Program-made: the position numbers and the translations under genes
Part shown: positions 23,915-36,700 of the stretch, one piece after another
How the letters are laid out: each line of letters begins with the position of its first letter
Position numbering within the stretch: the first letter of the stretch is position 1
Source of the DNA: Saprolegnia diclina VS20
Lineage: Eukaryota
Reading direction: 5' to 3'
Assembly (NCBI RefSeq): GCF_000281045.1
Contig: NW_008246081.1
Span: 117,838-181,837, forward strand
Length of the DNA: 64,000 nucleotides
Notes under the pieces: generated by a model
Seen by the model: the letters and a program-made list of their open reading frames with translations, nothing else
Database searches by the model: none
Told to the model about the DNA's origin: nothing

Positions 23915-26175
23915 TCACGCAATGAACGAAAACGCCGACGTCGGGCGGGGCGCCTCGTCGTCGGTGCTGCCTCGACGCGGCGGCGAACTCTCGAGAAAGT
24001 CAAACGCCGACATGGCTCGCGGCGGCGACTGGACAAGCGGGCGCGGCGGCGTTGCATGCGACGGCTGCATAAAGCCAAAGGCCGACGACGGCGGCGCCTG
24101 AGATCCTCGGATCTCGAGCTGGCCAAAGGTCGCGGCCATTGCGTCGACCTGCGGCGGCGATGACGGCGACATGAACGCGAACGCCGAGGCTGCGCGAGCC
24201 GGCGACGCTCGGTGTCGCGGCGAGACCACAAGCGCTTGCTTGGCGGGCGAGTTCACGCTCGGGAAGAGCGACGACGTCGCAGCACCGAGCCCATGCCCGT
24301 AGTGCACTTGACTCGGCTGCGACATGAAGTTGAACGCCGAGACGGGCTTGGGCGGCGACGATGGCGGTGCCGGCGACGACAAGAGAAAATCGAAACCGGA
24401 CGCTGATGAGATTGACGCTGTCGGTGCGGGCGACATGAAGCCGACCGGCGGCGCCGACGGCCGCGTCACAGGCGACGCAAACCCGATCGATGGCCGCTGC
24501 GATTCCTCTGTCGCCGGCGGCTGCGCGTCGTCGGTGCCGTCCTCACTGGCCGCTCCCGACGGCGGGATGTACGGGACGTTGAGGTGCAGCGGGTGCATGA
24601 CGCGGCCGCCGACAATGAACTTTTTGAATTTGAGCACCCGGTTGAACCCCGAGGCGGCCGCGAGGATCGGGCCGAGGTCGTCCAGAGACGCGTGCTCGAC
24701 GTTGGTGAAGTTGACGCTGACGAGCGCGCACCCGGGCGTGATGGCCGGGTGCATCTCGATGTAGCCCTTCTCGCCCGTCGGCAGCGGCACAAAGCGCTCG
24801 ATGACGCCCATGCTTGGAATGCTCTTGTCGAGGATGATGCCCATGGGACCGGCAGGGATATCAATCTCCAAGACGACTTCGCGCGCCGCGCCAGCGAGCT
24901 TGAGCTTGGCAAAGTCGACCGGCTCGGGGGCACTTGCCCGTCGGTCTCTCGGCGCCAAAAAGCCAGATAAAAGATCTTCTTCGGGCGCATTCTCGTCAGG
25001 CTCGCTCCCGAGACCTTCAAAGGCGTCGTGGATGTGGTCACCGGCCGATACCTAAGCGCCTTTAGACTCGAGTCGCCGCAAGGGATAGGGGGTGGTACTG
25101 TTTTGGCCGGCGGTGCGCCGATCGCGAGCACGGGCGGCTGCGAAAAGACGTCGTAGGACGCGACAGGAGCCTGCGGCGGCGTGTTGAGCGTCATGAACGA
25201 GAACCCCTGTCCGTCCGACGGCGGTTGCGACGGCGTTGGCTGCGTCAGGAATGAAAACGACGACGACGTGATCGGCGCAGGCGGAGATGGCGAGGCCACG
25301 GGCGCCGCCAAGGGTGACGACATGAACGAAAAACCGGACGGGGCGGTGGTGGGCGCCGGCGACGCTTGCACCGGAACGTTGAGAAAGTTAAAGACCGACG
25401 CGGGGGGTGGCGTCTGTTGCTGCTGTTGGTATTGCTGCGGTCGCGGATGATACTGCTGCTGGCTGTAGTGATGCGGGTCCTCCTGCGTCGGCTCGGGCGA
25501 TGACATGAAGGCAAAGGCCGACGGTGGCTGCGTGTGGCGCTGGGGCCGGGCCGGGGACGGCGTCGCTAGCGTCGGGGCTGCATATCGCGGCGGACTCAGG
25601 AGCGATTCGCCAAAGAAGCCCTTGGGCTGGGCCGTCGGAGATCGCAGTAGATCTTCGTGATACCCATAATGGCTGCGGACCGGGGACGGTGCTTGGTATT
25701 GCGCGACGGGGGCAGGTGCTGGCGGGGGCTCAAAGTTGTTGAGCGTCGTCAACACCTTCTCTGCGCGCGACTTGACCGTTTGCTTGGGGTGCTGCGTGAG
25801 GCCTGCGATGAGTTGGAGCTTGCACGCAAAGAAGACGAGGAAGTCGTCGGCGTGCGCAGTGCCAAACGCCGCGTCGAGCACGAGAAGCGCCCGGGCGATG
25901 ACCTGCCAGAGCGAGTCGCCAAGCTTCTGCTCGAGGAGCTCGCACGTGTATTGGCGGTCGAGCGACGGCAAGACGCGGACAAAAGTGTTGAGGACCTCCT
26001 TGGGCGGGAATGAGCTTTGGCCGGCCGCCGAGCAAAGCTCCGAGACGAGGACGAGCTCCGAGACCGCGGGCGACGCCGGCGCGGGCGACGCGGACGACCG
26101 CCATGAGGACTCCTTGCCGTTGCGCTTCCACTTGTCGGCCTGCGTCGCGTACGCCGTCGGGGCGCGGGGGTACAT
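23915..26175 (-). CDS. Tepsin-like VHS-domain protein with PDZ domain and multiple S-x-F-x-F-phi motifs (putative AP-4 accessory protein)
   Basis: N-terminal helical PPKEVLNTFV..LEQKLGDSLWQVIARALLVL resembles the tepsin VHS-like domain. Intron 25052-25098 joins the two ORFs in frame. PDZ-like IPAGPMGIILD..ITPGCALVSVN. 11 F-x-F-[MLI] motifs. Confidence 0.7.
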
Positions 26176-26865
26176 CTTTGGCCCAGACAAAACAAAGTGG
26201 CCAGCCTTTTTCTACGGCAGGAGGGGTGGGCCCTCACGAAACGGATATGGGGGGTCCTACCGAAACAGTGGGGTCGCAGGTCCACTTCCTTGCCCCTGTG
26301 AGGATGCCACGTATGCAGCGACCGCCCGCCAAATAGTACATGACACCTCTCCAATATAGATACCGCTAGTGTGAGAGCTCACGTGGAGCCTGGCGCTGGC
26401 CGTTGATACTTGCACGGAGCTCTTCGGGTAACGTTACCGGTATGCTGACAGCGCATGGCAGTCGGAAGACGTCAAGATGTCAATGGATGCGAGCAGGCCC
26501 AACGTTGGTGGTCTTCGCCTCCTCTTGGAAGCCATTGCAGCCCCTCAAAGGAAGATCTGCCAACGACACTACGCCGCCAACCAGATTCGGAGCAGCGGTC
26601 GCTAGAAGAGCTCGGAAAGGGCAGGCGCCAGATCCAGACTACTTGCAGCGACCAGTGATTGAGCTATTGCTGCGATGTATACTGCGGGGGCAGCTCGTAG
26701 TCGTGGCGGGAACGATGGACTGCAGAGCCAGCGCCGACCAGGTGGTGGGCCAATCAGCGACGTGGAAACACATTGTGACACACGCCCGTCGGCGCGTTGT
26801 GCGAGGATGTGACGGCCTTTCTGCGGTTGAGACAACCAACTTGGAGGCCTGCCTTCACTTACGCG

Positions 26866-29001
26866 ATGCAGCGGACGCTTGTCGGCGCAGCGCTGCTCCT
26901 GGCAACGCTGGCGACGCCGCTGCAAGTGACACCGAATGTCACCAGTAGCTCGCCCAACACAACAATACCCGCCCAACCAACGACGCCGACGATCACGCTG
27001 CCGAGCCCCACGCCGTCAATGACAAGCCCGATACCGACGACACCAAACGTGACGACGACAGAGCCAACGACGCCAGAGCCAACGACGCCAGAGCCAACGA
27101 CACCAGAGCCAACGACGCCTGTACCGACGACGCCTGTACCGACGACGCCAGAGCCAACGACGCCTGTACCGACGACACCAGAGCCAACGACGCCAGAGCC
27201 AACGACACCAAAGCCAACGACGCCAGAGCCAACGACGCCAGAGCCAACGACACCAGAGCCAACGACACCAAAGCCAACGACGCCAGAGCCAACGACGCCT
27301 GTACCGACGACGCCAGAGCCAACGACATCAAACGTGACGACGCCAGAGCCAACGACATCAAACGTGACGACGCCAGAGCCAACGACGCCTGTACCAACGA
27401 CGCCTGTACCGACGACGCCAGAGCCAACGACGCCTGTACCAACGACGCCTGAGCCAACGACGCCAGAGCCAACGACGCCTGTACCGACGACGCCAAAGCC
27501 AACGACGCCAGAGCTGCCAACACCGGGACCAACGACGCAAATACCGGCGACTCCAGAGCCATTGCATACAATAGAATCCACAGCTCCGGCACCGCCTTCT
27601 GACGCGCCGTCGCAAGCCCCGTCGAGCACGCCATCGCCTGTGACGCCTTCCCTCCAGGAGGACCTTGGTGATCAGCCGACTGCTTTGCCTGCCCGTCGAC
27701 CAAGCAACCGGAGCAATTGGCCGTCGCAGAAGCTCGCTGCGTCGTCGTCGTCGACAAATATATTTCGCGTTGTCGCCAATGCGCTCGCGATTCCAGGTCT
27801 CATCGCGCTCGGTGCGTTCCACTTTGGCTGGTGGACGCTCCCGGCAGCTCCTGTGATCATGCCCATGGCGCTGGCCTTTCTTCAGCAGATCGCGACGTGC
27901 TCGCTTCTCAACCTCGGAACGTCGTCGGTGCCGTCGTCCTTGCTCGGCTTCACGGACGGCCTCACGTGGGTCCTCTTCCAGCTGCCCCACGCGTCGGCAC
28001 CGACAACAACGACCCGACGGCTCGACGAATCGTTGACGGGGTCGGGCCCCGAGTTCTTTGCCTACCGCGCCAACCTCAACGAGCGCCACCTCTTTTACAA
28101 CACGTGGCTGGCGACCGTCGTCGTCACGTCCGTCTGCGCCTCTCTCGGGCTGCTCTGCCTCGGGTGCGCTCGCTTCTTCTCACCACCGCGCAGCGTCGGC
28201 GACATGAAGACCATGGCGTCGCGCTGCTTTGCGCTCGGCTTCTTCCTCTTCTCCGTGGCGACGTTCCCAGTGGCGCTCATGGCGGCGTACGAGGTGCGGC
28301 AGGACGCCTACACGCCCGACGGGCCGCACACCTCGGGCGTTCTCGCCTGCGTGACGCTCTTTGCCTTTGTGTTTGGCCTCGTCGGTGCATTTGCCTACCT
28401 CTTCATGGAAGACGCGTACAAGTACGCAGCATTTGGCAGCTCCGAGAGTCTTTGGTGGTCGTACGCCCAAGTCAAATACCGGAGCCGGTGCTTCCCTGTC
28501 TTGAGCCTCGCGCTCTTGTTGGTGCAAGGCGGCCTCGTTGGTGGCGTTGCCTCGACGTACGTCGTACCTGTGCTCTTGCTGCTCCACCTTGCGTACGTGG
28601 GTCTGACGTACTGGCTGCAGCCGTTCGTGCACTTGGTGGTCTACCACGTGACGATGGGCTTGGAGCTCATCTACGTTGGGTGTCTTGGCCTTCTCTGGGT
28701 CGCACTGGCTGCGGGCGATGGCGTCGGCTACGGCGTCGTCGGCATTGTGCTCGTCGTCGTCCTCGCTCTTGCGCTGCATCAAATGCTCCTCGTCTTCTCG
28801 CTTCTCTCCAAGACGTGCTTTGCAAAACCCGACTCGCCCGCCTACACGAGGTCGGCCACTACCGCGCGCGCCCGACGCCACCCCACACCGGCCACAGGAA
28901 ACCAGTCGGAGCGCCTCGCGACGGCCGAAGCGACGCTGCGACCCAAGCGTAGCGTCAAGTCCAACCGCCACCAGCTGCCAGCTGCCCGCCCTGTCGAGTA
29001 A
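26866..29001 (+). CDS. Signal peptide + mucin-like PTTPE stalk + multi-pass TM domain (TRP_C/FLC-like membrane protein)
   Basis: Signal peptide MQRTLVGAALLLATLA. Tandem repeats. FLQQIA..GFTDGLTW..GPEFFAYRANL..LFYNT followed by about 7 hydrophobic helices. Family assignment is tentative. Confidence 0.75.
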   Translation: MQRTLVGAALLLATLATPLQVTPNVTSSSPNTTIPAQPTTPTITLPSPTPSMTSPIPTTPNVTTTEPTTPEPTTPEPTTPEPTTPVPTTPVPTTPEPTTPVPTTPEPTTPEPTTPKPTTPEPTTPEPTTPEPTTPKPTTPEPTTPVPTTPEPTTSNVTTPEPTTSNVTTPEPTTPVPTTPVPTTPEPTTPVPTTPEPTTPEPTTPVPTTPKPTTPELPTPGPTTQIPATPEPLHTIESTAPAPPSDAPSQAPSSTPSPVTPSLQEDLGDQPTALPARRPSNRSNWPSQKLAASSSSTNIFRVVANALAIPGLIALGAFHFGWWTLPAAPVIMPMALAFLQQIATCSLLNLGTSSVPSSLLGFTDGLTWVLFQLPHASAPTTTTRRLDESLTGSGPEFFAYRANLNERHLFYNTWLATVVVTSVCASLGLLCLGCARFFSPPRSVGDMKTMASRCFALGFFLFSVATFPVALMAAYEVRQDAYTPDGPHTSGVLACVTLFAFVFGLVGAFAYLFMEDAYKYAAFGSSESLWWSYAQVKYRSRCFPVLSLALLLVQGGLVGGVASTYVVPVLLLLHLAYVGLTYWLQPFVHLVVYHVTMGLELIYVGCLGLLWVALAAGDGVGYGVVGIVLVVVLALALHQMLLVFSLLSKTCFAKPDSPAYTRSATTARARRHPTPATGNQSERLATAEATLRPKRSVKSNRHQLPAARPVE
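27061..27510 (+). repeat. Coding tandem repeat, ~30 x 15 bp (GAGCCAACGACGCCA; [E/V/K]PTTP)
   Basis: Directly visible 15-bp unit with variants GTACCGACGACGCCT, AAGCCAACGACGCCA and AACGTGACGACGCCA. Confidence 0.95.
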
Positions 29002-29065
29002 TGTAATTGTCGTACTGCTCGTGTCTTGCACAAAAGAAAGCTTCGTGTTGGAAAAAGCACAGTGT

Positions 29066-31768
29066 CTACGCCTCTTCGCGCTCGTAGATGGCCCATCGGC
29101 GGTTGTGCTCCTGGCCCTTGCCCGGTTGCGCGAGCGCGTCCGAGCAGCCAGAGTCGGCGCAGCCGCAGAAGTGCGCCTGCGAGTCCATGCACGGGCGCTC
29201 GCAGCCGGCGCCGTTGCCGTCAAAGTCCTTCTCGGCCAACGCGAGCTTGTCGAAGGCAAACACGTGGCCTTCGCCGCCGACGCGCGAGAGCGCGAAGTAC
29301 CGCTTCCCGTGCGCCTTGGCGTGGTGCAGCGCAAGGTTGTAGTTGGCGCCCGTCGCGCCGCCAGAGTAGATCTTGTCGGCTCCGAGCATGTCCTCGCCCG
29401 TGACGCAGCCCACAAAGCGCGTCTTCTCCGTGTCGATCGACGCCGTCTGGGACGCCGCGTCGCGCAGCTTGCGCTTCATCTCCTCGGTGGTCGGCTGCAC
29501 GTTGGGCTGCTTCTTGACCTTGAAGATGCGCACGATCCAGTGCTCGGACGTGAACGCCTCCTCCATGTGCGTGAGCTTGATGTTCTTGACGCCGACCTCC
29601 GTGTTGCGCGCGCGGTCAAACCCCGGTGGGTGCTGGTAGTCGGTGCGCATCTCGCCAAAGCGGTAGTAGCACAGCTTGTACGCGAGGCAGTTGTGCAAAA
29701 TCTTGGAGCCGCCGGGGCCAACGTCAAAGTTGCCAGACGCCGAGTAAAAGTCGCGCTCGGCCGGCATGTCGTTGGGGAAGACGCCCGACCCGATGCGCAC
29801 GGGCCAGAGAAACTTGTTGATGTCGTCCGAGCTGTAACCCGTGAGACCGCCAAAGATGACGAGCACGTAGTCGACGTCGAGCGACTGCAGGATCGGGTAC
29901 GCGCCCTCTTCCGTCGACGCGAGCGCGCGACCGACGGTCGCAATGTGCGTGTTGTTCCACGTGTTGTTGTCGACAATGACCGTCCGGTTGGCCATGCCCG
30001 ACATCTGGTAGCCGTAGTCCCACCACGAGAGGATGCGGGCGTCGGCCGCCGTGTTCTGGCGCAGCCAAAAGTACGCCTCGCGGTAGTCGTCAAACACGAC
30101 GCGCTCACCGCTCTGCGTGCGGCCGGCCTCAATCACGATCGACGGCGACGAGTAGGCCATCGACGACACGTACGCAGCGTGGAACTGGTAGCTCAAGAGC
30201 AAGGCCGTGAGCACCATGACCACGATGAGCGCAAAGCCGCTGTGGACCTCCTGGACGCCGTTCTTGAGCGGCGTCGTCGTGCCCGAGAAGGACCGGTGGA
30301 GGAAGCCCATAAACTTGCGCAAGGTGGCCGAGATCCCGACGGCCGCGAGGATGCACGCGATCGGCGCGAGCGTGAGCATGAGACGCACCATGACGCCGGC
30401 AAAGTACCAGGCGACCGTGCCGTAGAGGATGACGAAGATGCCGCCGTCCGTGAGGTTCTTGTACATGAAGTAGAGACCCACCGGCGCGAAGGGCACCAGA
30501 ATGTGCAGATCGAAAAAGTACGACGTCCACGTCGTCGGCTGGTGCTCCGAGACGGACGCGATGATCGGAATGTACTTGGACGCGTACGTCGGATCGAGAA
30601 GCGTGAGCGACCGGCCCGTCCACTGCACCTTGCCCATGAGCTGCAGCAAGACGAGCGCGACCGCGACGCCGGCCACGAGCGTCGCGGCGCCGACCACAAC
30701 GAGACGGCGGAACGCACCGGCCGAGATGAAGCCGCGGAGCCAGTTGACAAAGCAGTAGACTAGACCACATTAGGAGACACGCAGAGAAGAGACAGGCATA
30801 CCTTGGAGGAGGAGGAAGACACCGTGCGAGCCGGCGCATTCGGCCTGCTTGAGCACATTGAAGCCGACAAATGGCACTTGCATGGCCATGAGCGACCCGA
30901 GCGCGTAGAACGTTGAGTAGGCAATGTACAGGCGCGGCGTGTACCGGCCGGCAAAGATCATCACGAGCACGTAGATCGGGATCATGTTGATGATGAAGAC
31001 GTAGCCGCCCCACGCAGCGACCATGTAAAAGTACGCGAGCGAGCAGGCCGCGGCCCAGAACATCGAGCCCGTGTTCACGGCCTTGATCCAGAGGTAGAAG
31101 ACAAAGATGAGCGCAAAGATCGCGACGCCTTCATTGTCGTACGAGCCACCGACCGAGCGCGAGATGTACGAGGGCACGACGCCAGCAAACGCAGCCGCGA
31201 GCAAGCCCGCGCTCGTGCGCTTCGTCACTTCTTTCGTCAGCATGTACGAGGCGATCGCCGTGTTGGCAGCAAACATCGGCGCCAAGAAGACGCACGTGTT
31301 GCGCACGTTGATCGAGATGTTGAGCCAGTTGAGCACCCAGTAGACGAGGGCCGCCGTGTACATCAGACCCGGGTAGATGGTGCCACCAATGATACGGCCC
31401 AGCGGGTACCACGCGCGGTCGTCAAACCAGTCGAGGAACTCGAGGAAGCCCTCGGACGCCAAGTACTTGGTTGTGCGAAAGTTGAAGTACGGGTCAAACT
31501 CGTGGATCACGCTTTCGTAGCGCACGATGGAGAAGAGGCGGATCGAGAAGGACATGAGGCAGATCGCGGCCAAGAGGCCATACTTGAGCACCGGCGCGAG
31601 CGTCGAGCTGTCGTCCTCAATGTCGTAGCCCGGCGGCGACGAGACCGGCACGCCGAAGATGACTTGGCTCTGGTCCATGACCGAGCCCGAGATCGTCGCG
31701 AAGGCGGGGTCGTCACCCTTGGCCTCGGCCGCCACGGAGGGCGCGGCCTTCGTCACGGGTTTCGCCAT
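29066..31768 (-). CDS. STT3: Oligosaccharyltransferase catalytic subunit STT3 with C-terminal WSC-like extension
   Basis: [46 protein letters not shown] motifs; intron 30760-30801. Confidence 0.97.
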
Positions 31769-32438
31769 CTTGGTCACGAGAGGATTCCCACTTTGCCAGC
31801 CACAAACAAGCGGGAGCCGCAGATAACCTTTGAAACTCGATATCGAAATTAAATCCATTTTGGCCCTCTTCTCTTGATGTTTGTATGCAATGTCGAAAAT
31901 TGCCGCGCCTGCATTACGAGGCCCGAGTCAAAAGCGATGACGTGGTACCGCGTGGCAGGCGTCTTCTCCAGCATTTGATTTAATGTATTCAGTTTCACAG
32001 GTTATTGGGAAAGAAGGATCGCGTATCCGCCGCAGGCCACGATCCAACGAGTCGATCGATGGCAGGACGCAGCATGGCTGGCGCGACGTCACCGACTGCT
32101 TGGAGGATAGCGCATGCAAGACGCAGCAGCATGATCAGCACGATCCTTGTGGCTGCCGTAGCCTTGGCGCGACGTGCATGACGTCGGCAATGGAAGAGCA
32201 TGCTGGAACGGCGACAAGGCAGACGCGACCTTGGCGGTACTGCCATGGCTTTGGCCGAGCGCTGCGGTACGTGCATGATGGACAACTGCAAGGCGCAAGT
32301 GCTAGCGCATGATGGACTCGGCGAGGGCCGAAAGGATCATGCCAAAGGTGTCTTCATTACGATCCATTACAGAAACGATCGCTGCATGATGCAAGCCGCT
32401 GGCGAGTTGTCGTCCGCGACCTTCACCTTGCAACGCGC

Positions 32439-33297
32439 TTATGAGGACGACTTGCTCTCGGCACCGAGGCGTGCGTCCTCCTTCTCCTTCTCGATCGACG
32501 CACACACGATCTCGACCGTGGCATCTTCGACCGTCTGCAATACAGAAGAAATGGCGTGAGTCATCGAGGCCATAATGATGGAATGGATCGAGCACGTACC
32601 GAGACGACACCACCCTGGCGGACGACTGCGACTTCAATGTTCTTGCTACCCGCCTCGACGACTTCGAGAAGCGCCTTGATGGCCAAGCGGATCGCGCCCT
32701 CTTCGTTCATGTCCTGCGCGTAGTTCTTCTCGAGGAATTCGCGCGTGGACTTTTCGTTGCGGCCCGTGGCGTTGGCCTTCCACGCCGTGAAGGTGCCCGA
32801 CGGGTCCGTCTGGTAGAGCTGGGGCACGCCCTTCGTGTCGCAGCCCGCGATGAGCATCGAAATGCCAAACGGGCGGACACCACCGCGCTGTGTGTAGCGT
32901 TGCTGGACCTTGGCAATGTAGCGTGCGACGTACTCGACAGACGGCGCGTCTTCGACCGTCAAGCGGTAGCTCTGGCACTCGAGGCGCGCCTTGTTGATCA
33001 GCACGCGCGCGTCGGCCGTGAGGCCGGCAAAGGCCAGCGTAATGTGGTCATCCACTTTGCAGATCTTGCGCACCGTGCGCGGGTCCTGGAGCTTGGCGGT
33101 CTCCTTGCGCTCGACGGCCAAGACGACCACGTCCGCGCCGCGCACGCCGACGACGATCGCGCCCTTCTTGACGGCCTCCATGGCGTACTCGACCTGGAAG
33201 AGGTGCCCATCCGGCGAGAAGACGGTGATCGCGCGGTCGTATCTACGCCCTCGTGAGCATCCATCGGCCTGCCATGCATGGACTACCTCGAAGCCAT
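32439..33297 (-). CDS. PSMA7: 20S proteasome subunit alpha-4 (alpha type-7)
   Basis: [42 protein letters not shown]. Introns 33243-33286 and 32535-32599. Confidence 0.95.
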
Positions 33298-33713
33298 GGT
33301 CCTCTTCTTGGATGCTCCTCTTCAATTGTGCGAGCGGGACGAATCCTGCGAATACTCGATATATCCGAGACATGCATTTCCAGAGGTCACCAGATTCTCG
33401 GCCCCTCGTTTGGCAGCGCTCCGATCAAGTGCGATGCGATCCGACCTTTACAGAGCGCACTTACGCGGCATCGTACTTAGGGAGTCCATATCTTGGCAGG
33501 CGATCTTGGCCACTTCAACCAGCGACAGCGTCGACATGCTTCAACCGGTAGCTGCTGTTGCCACTGCATGTTGCGATTCCTGCCATCAGCACTTAGTTGC
33601 TGCAACGACTAGAGACACCTTGGGTTAGTGCACAGAGGTCGGTGGCCGAAACGTCGGTGGAACAACTAGACCGACGTGTCCTTCGACTCAATAATTTACA
33701 GTCCCGTCGAAGC

Positions 33714-36700
33714 ATGGGCGGCAAGTTTTCCCAGGTGCACTACCGCGAGCGCGACACGACCGTGCTCCAAGACTTTGAGATTCTCACCAAAGCCTGGTGC
33801 GCACGAGCAGATCTAGACGTGATGCGTATCCAGATGTGGTAGGGGCAAGGCCGAGATCGAGGTGCTCTCGCTGCAGCTGCGGCGCATTTCGTTCAACTTT
33901 TGCCTCACGCCGGCGCACTTTCGGGAGATGCTGCAGCTGCACCACAACGACCTCTTTGCGCCGCTCGTGACGCGCTGGTTTGACGCGCTCAAGAACAATC
34001 CGAGCAGCAGCGTCGTCAACGGCCTCGAGTTCATCACGGCCCTCGCCATCACGGGCAGCTTTGGGAAGCTTCTCGAAAAGGTCGCGTTCGTTTTCGATTT
34101 GTTCGACTTCAACAACTCGGGCGCTGTCACGCGCGACGAGCTTCTCATCTTGCTCAAGTCGTCGGTGCGCGGCCTCACCAAGGTCACGCGGGGCCTCGGC
34201 CCGCACCTGCTCCGCCTCTGCCCCATGTCCCAGATCGAAGCGCTCGCAACTCTCTGCTTTGAGTTGCTTCATGCATGCTAGTAGAGGCGTCTAACACCTC
34301 TTTAGAGACTGCGGCTTGGACCCGACGGACGACCTCCGAAAAGAGGCGTTCGTGCAGTGGGTGCGTCGGACGCCCAAGATCACTAACCTCCTCCGGTGTT
34401 ATGTGCCACGAGACAAGTACAACTCCGAGGACGCCGCCAGTACCATCCAGCGCGTCGTTCGAGGCATGCTTGCACGGTCCGCCGTTCTTGACCGCAAGCT
34501 CCAGCGGCGCCTCCAGCTTGACGCCCAGCTCGACACGGCGGTACACCACGACTAGCGTCGCAGTATCAGAATATCAAGTACGCGGAATTAGGCGCAGAAG
34601 ATCCAAGACGCTATTTTGCACCGCAAGAAGCGCCAAGAAGGACTGCGCCGGTCAAAAGTCGAGCGCAACGCATCGAGCGGCGCCATCTACAGCTTTGGCG
34701 CCAACAACCACGGGCTTCTCGGACACCAGCACCTCGAGCTGGCTTCGCAACTCAAGCAGCCACGTCTCGTACTCTACTTCAAGCACAATGACCAGCGGGT
34801 CGTGAGCGTCGCAACCAGCCGCGTGCACGCGAGCGCTGTGACCTCCTCGGGCGCTGCGTACACGTGGGGGGCGTGCCCCCCGGGGGCGTTTGGCTCGTTG
34901 GAAAAACCGGCGGCCGCAGTGCGCGCCTGTCCCCGGCGCGTTGATGATCTCACCGATGTCGCTATCGTCCATATGGCGCTCGGCGCCCGACACTCGATGG
35001 CTCTCTCCGACGACGGCGTCGTGTACACATGGGGCGCTGGCGAATTCGGGCAGCTCGGCCACGGCGATCCGCACAACGCCGAGAACGAACTCTACCAGCG
35101 CGAGTTTGACCCGCACACGAGCCGACTCTACCCGGTGATCGACCTTCCGCTCAAGCTCGACAAGAGCCTCTTTGACGACGTGCAGATTGTCTCGATAGCG
35201 TGCGGCTACTACTTTAGCGTGGCGCTGGCTGCCGACGGCTGCGTGTACACCTGGGGCGAGGGCTCGGACGGGCAGCTCGGCCTCGGCTACGCCGACGAGT
35301 TCCGTGTCGGGTTTTTAGACGAACACATCGTCCACAGCAACTACACGTACATGCACTCGCCGACGTACATCAACTTGACCGAGCCCATCGGTGCGATCGG
35401 CGTCGGCGGCAACCGCGTCTACGCCGTCGGCCGCAGCCACCGCAACGTGTACGAGTGGGGTGCCGGGTTTCGTAGGGCGACCGAGAGCGTCTTCTCCCCG
35501 CGCCTTTCACCCGTGCTGAGCACGCTGTACGTCGAGAGCATCCGCGTCGGGAGCGAGTACGCCATGGCGATCACGGGCTGCGTCTACCTCAAGCTGCCCG
35601 AGACCGACGCCATGTACGCGGTCGCCGCTGCCTTTGGTGCGCCGCCCGTCGAGATTTGCACCGGACTCAGCGCGCCGCTCATCGCACCCGGCGTCGTCAA
35701 GACATCGGCCTCGTACATCCACAAGGAAGAGTACGCGAAAAAGGTACAAGCTCTGCTGGCTAAAGCCCGGTCATATCGACGGGTCTAGATGGTGTACGTG
35801 GACCGCGGTAAGGCCTCGGGCGTGTGGCTCACGATCGACGGCAACGACGCGTTCTCACTGCCCGTCGTGCCGTCGATGTTTGGCCCCAGCGTCGACAGCA
35901 AGGGTGTCCAGTACCCCCTCTTCTTTACCCCCCAAAAGCTCGCATCGCTCTCGCACTACGTCCGCCCGGACGAAATTCCAGTATCAACTTGATACAAAAC
36001 GCATGGCGTCATGGATGTACTGTGTCTGTAGGGAAAGCTCGTTGTGCTGCACTTTGAAGAAAGTGATTTGCCAATGGAGTCGGCGGACGATGACGTCGGC
36101 ATGGTCATCGAGCGCCTTATGCAAGCGCTGGTGGCCAAAGTCAAGGACGCGCAAGAGGCGGGGGCGGCGGCCGTGGCGATCGCGTTCACGTTCATGGCCG
36201 AAGCGTTTCCGCTCGCGACGACGGAGCTCGAAAATTATGCGTTTGGGATCCCGAGCGTCATGCTCAACGCGTCGTCAAGCCAGCGGCTGCTTGGCTTTCT
36301 CAACGAGACCAAGCGACCCGTGCTCGCCCACCTCGCGTCGCACGAAGACAAGCTCTCGGAGCAGGTTGCATCCTCCCTTCTTCTAGTACCGTGTTTGCAC
36401 TCCAAGAACTAGATTGTTCAGATCCAAAGCCTCGGCGCCGTCGCCGTCGTCATTGGCCAAAACCCTCTGGACGGCACACCGAAAAAAGTACCGTTTGCGA
36501 GCGCTTGATACGATCTTCTAGACCGCGCGTAGCTCACGCACCACATCTTTGACGCGGGCTACGGCGACCCGCTGTCGCAAGCCAAGAAGATGACGATTCC
36601 AGTGCTCATGGTGTCGCACGAGGTCCGGAAGCGCCGACATTTGACGGTTGTGATACCTCGACTAGGCCAGTGTACGCATCAAGGAGACGTACAAGCGTCG

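Noticed and set aside
27061..27510. Repeat array considered as CRISPR-like
   Set aside because: Contiguous in-frame 15-mers without unique spacers, in a eukaryotic coding exon.
26859..27757. Gly/Val-rich and Ser/Leu/Ala-rich minus-strand ORFs
   Set aside because: Antisense shadows of the PTTPE coding repeat.
28676..30763. 695-aa plus-strand ORF, and similar long antisense ORFs over PIKfyve, TMEM131 and the TKL kinase
   Set aside because: Shadow ORFs caused by high GC3 on the true coding strand.
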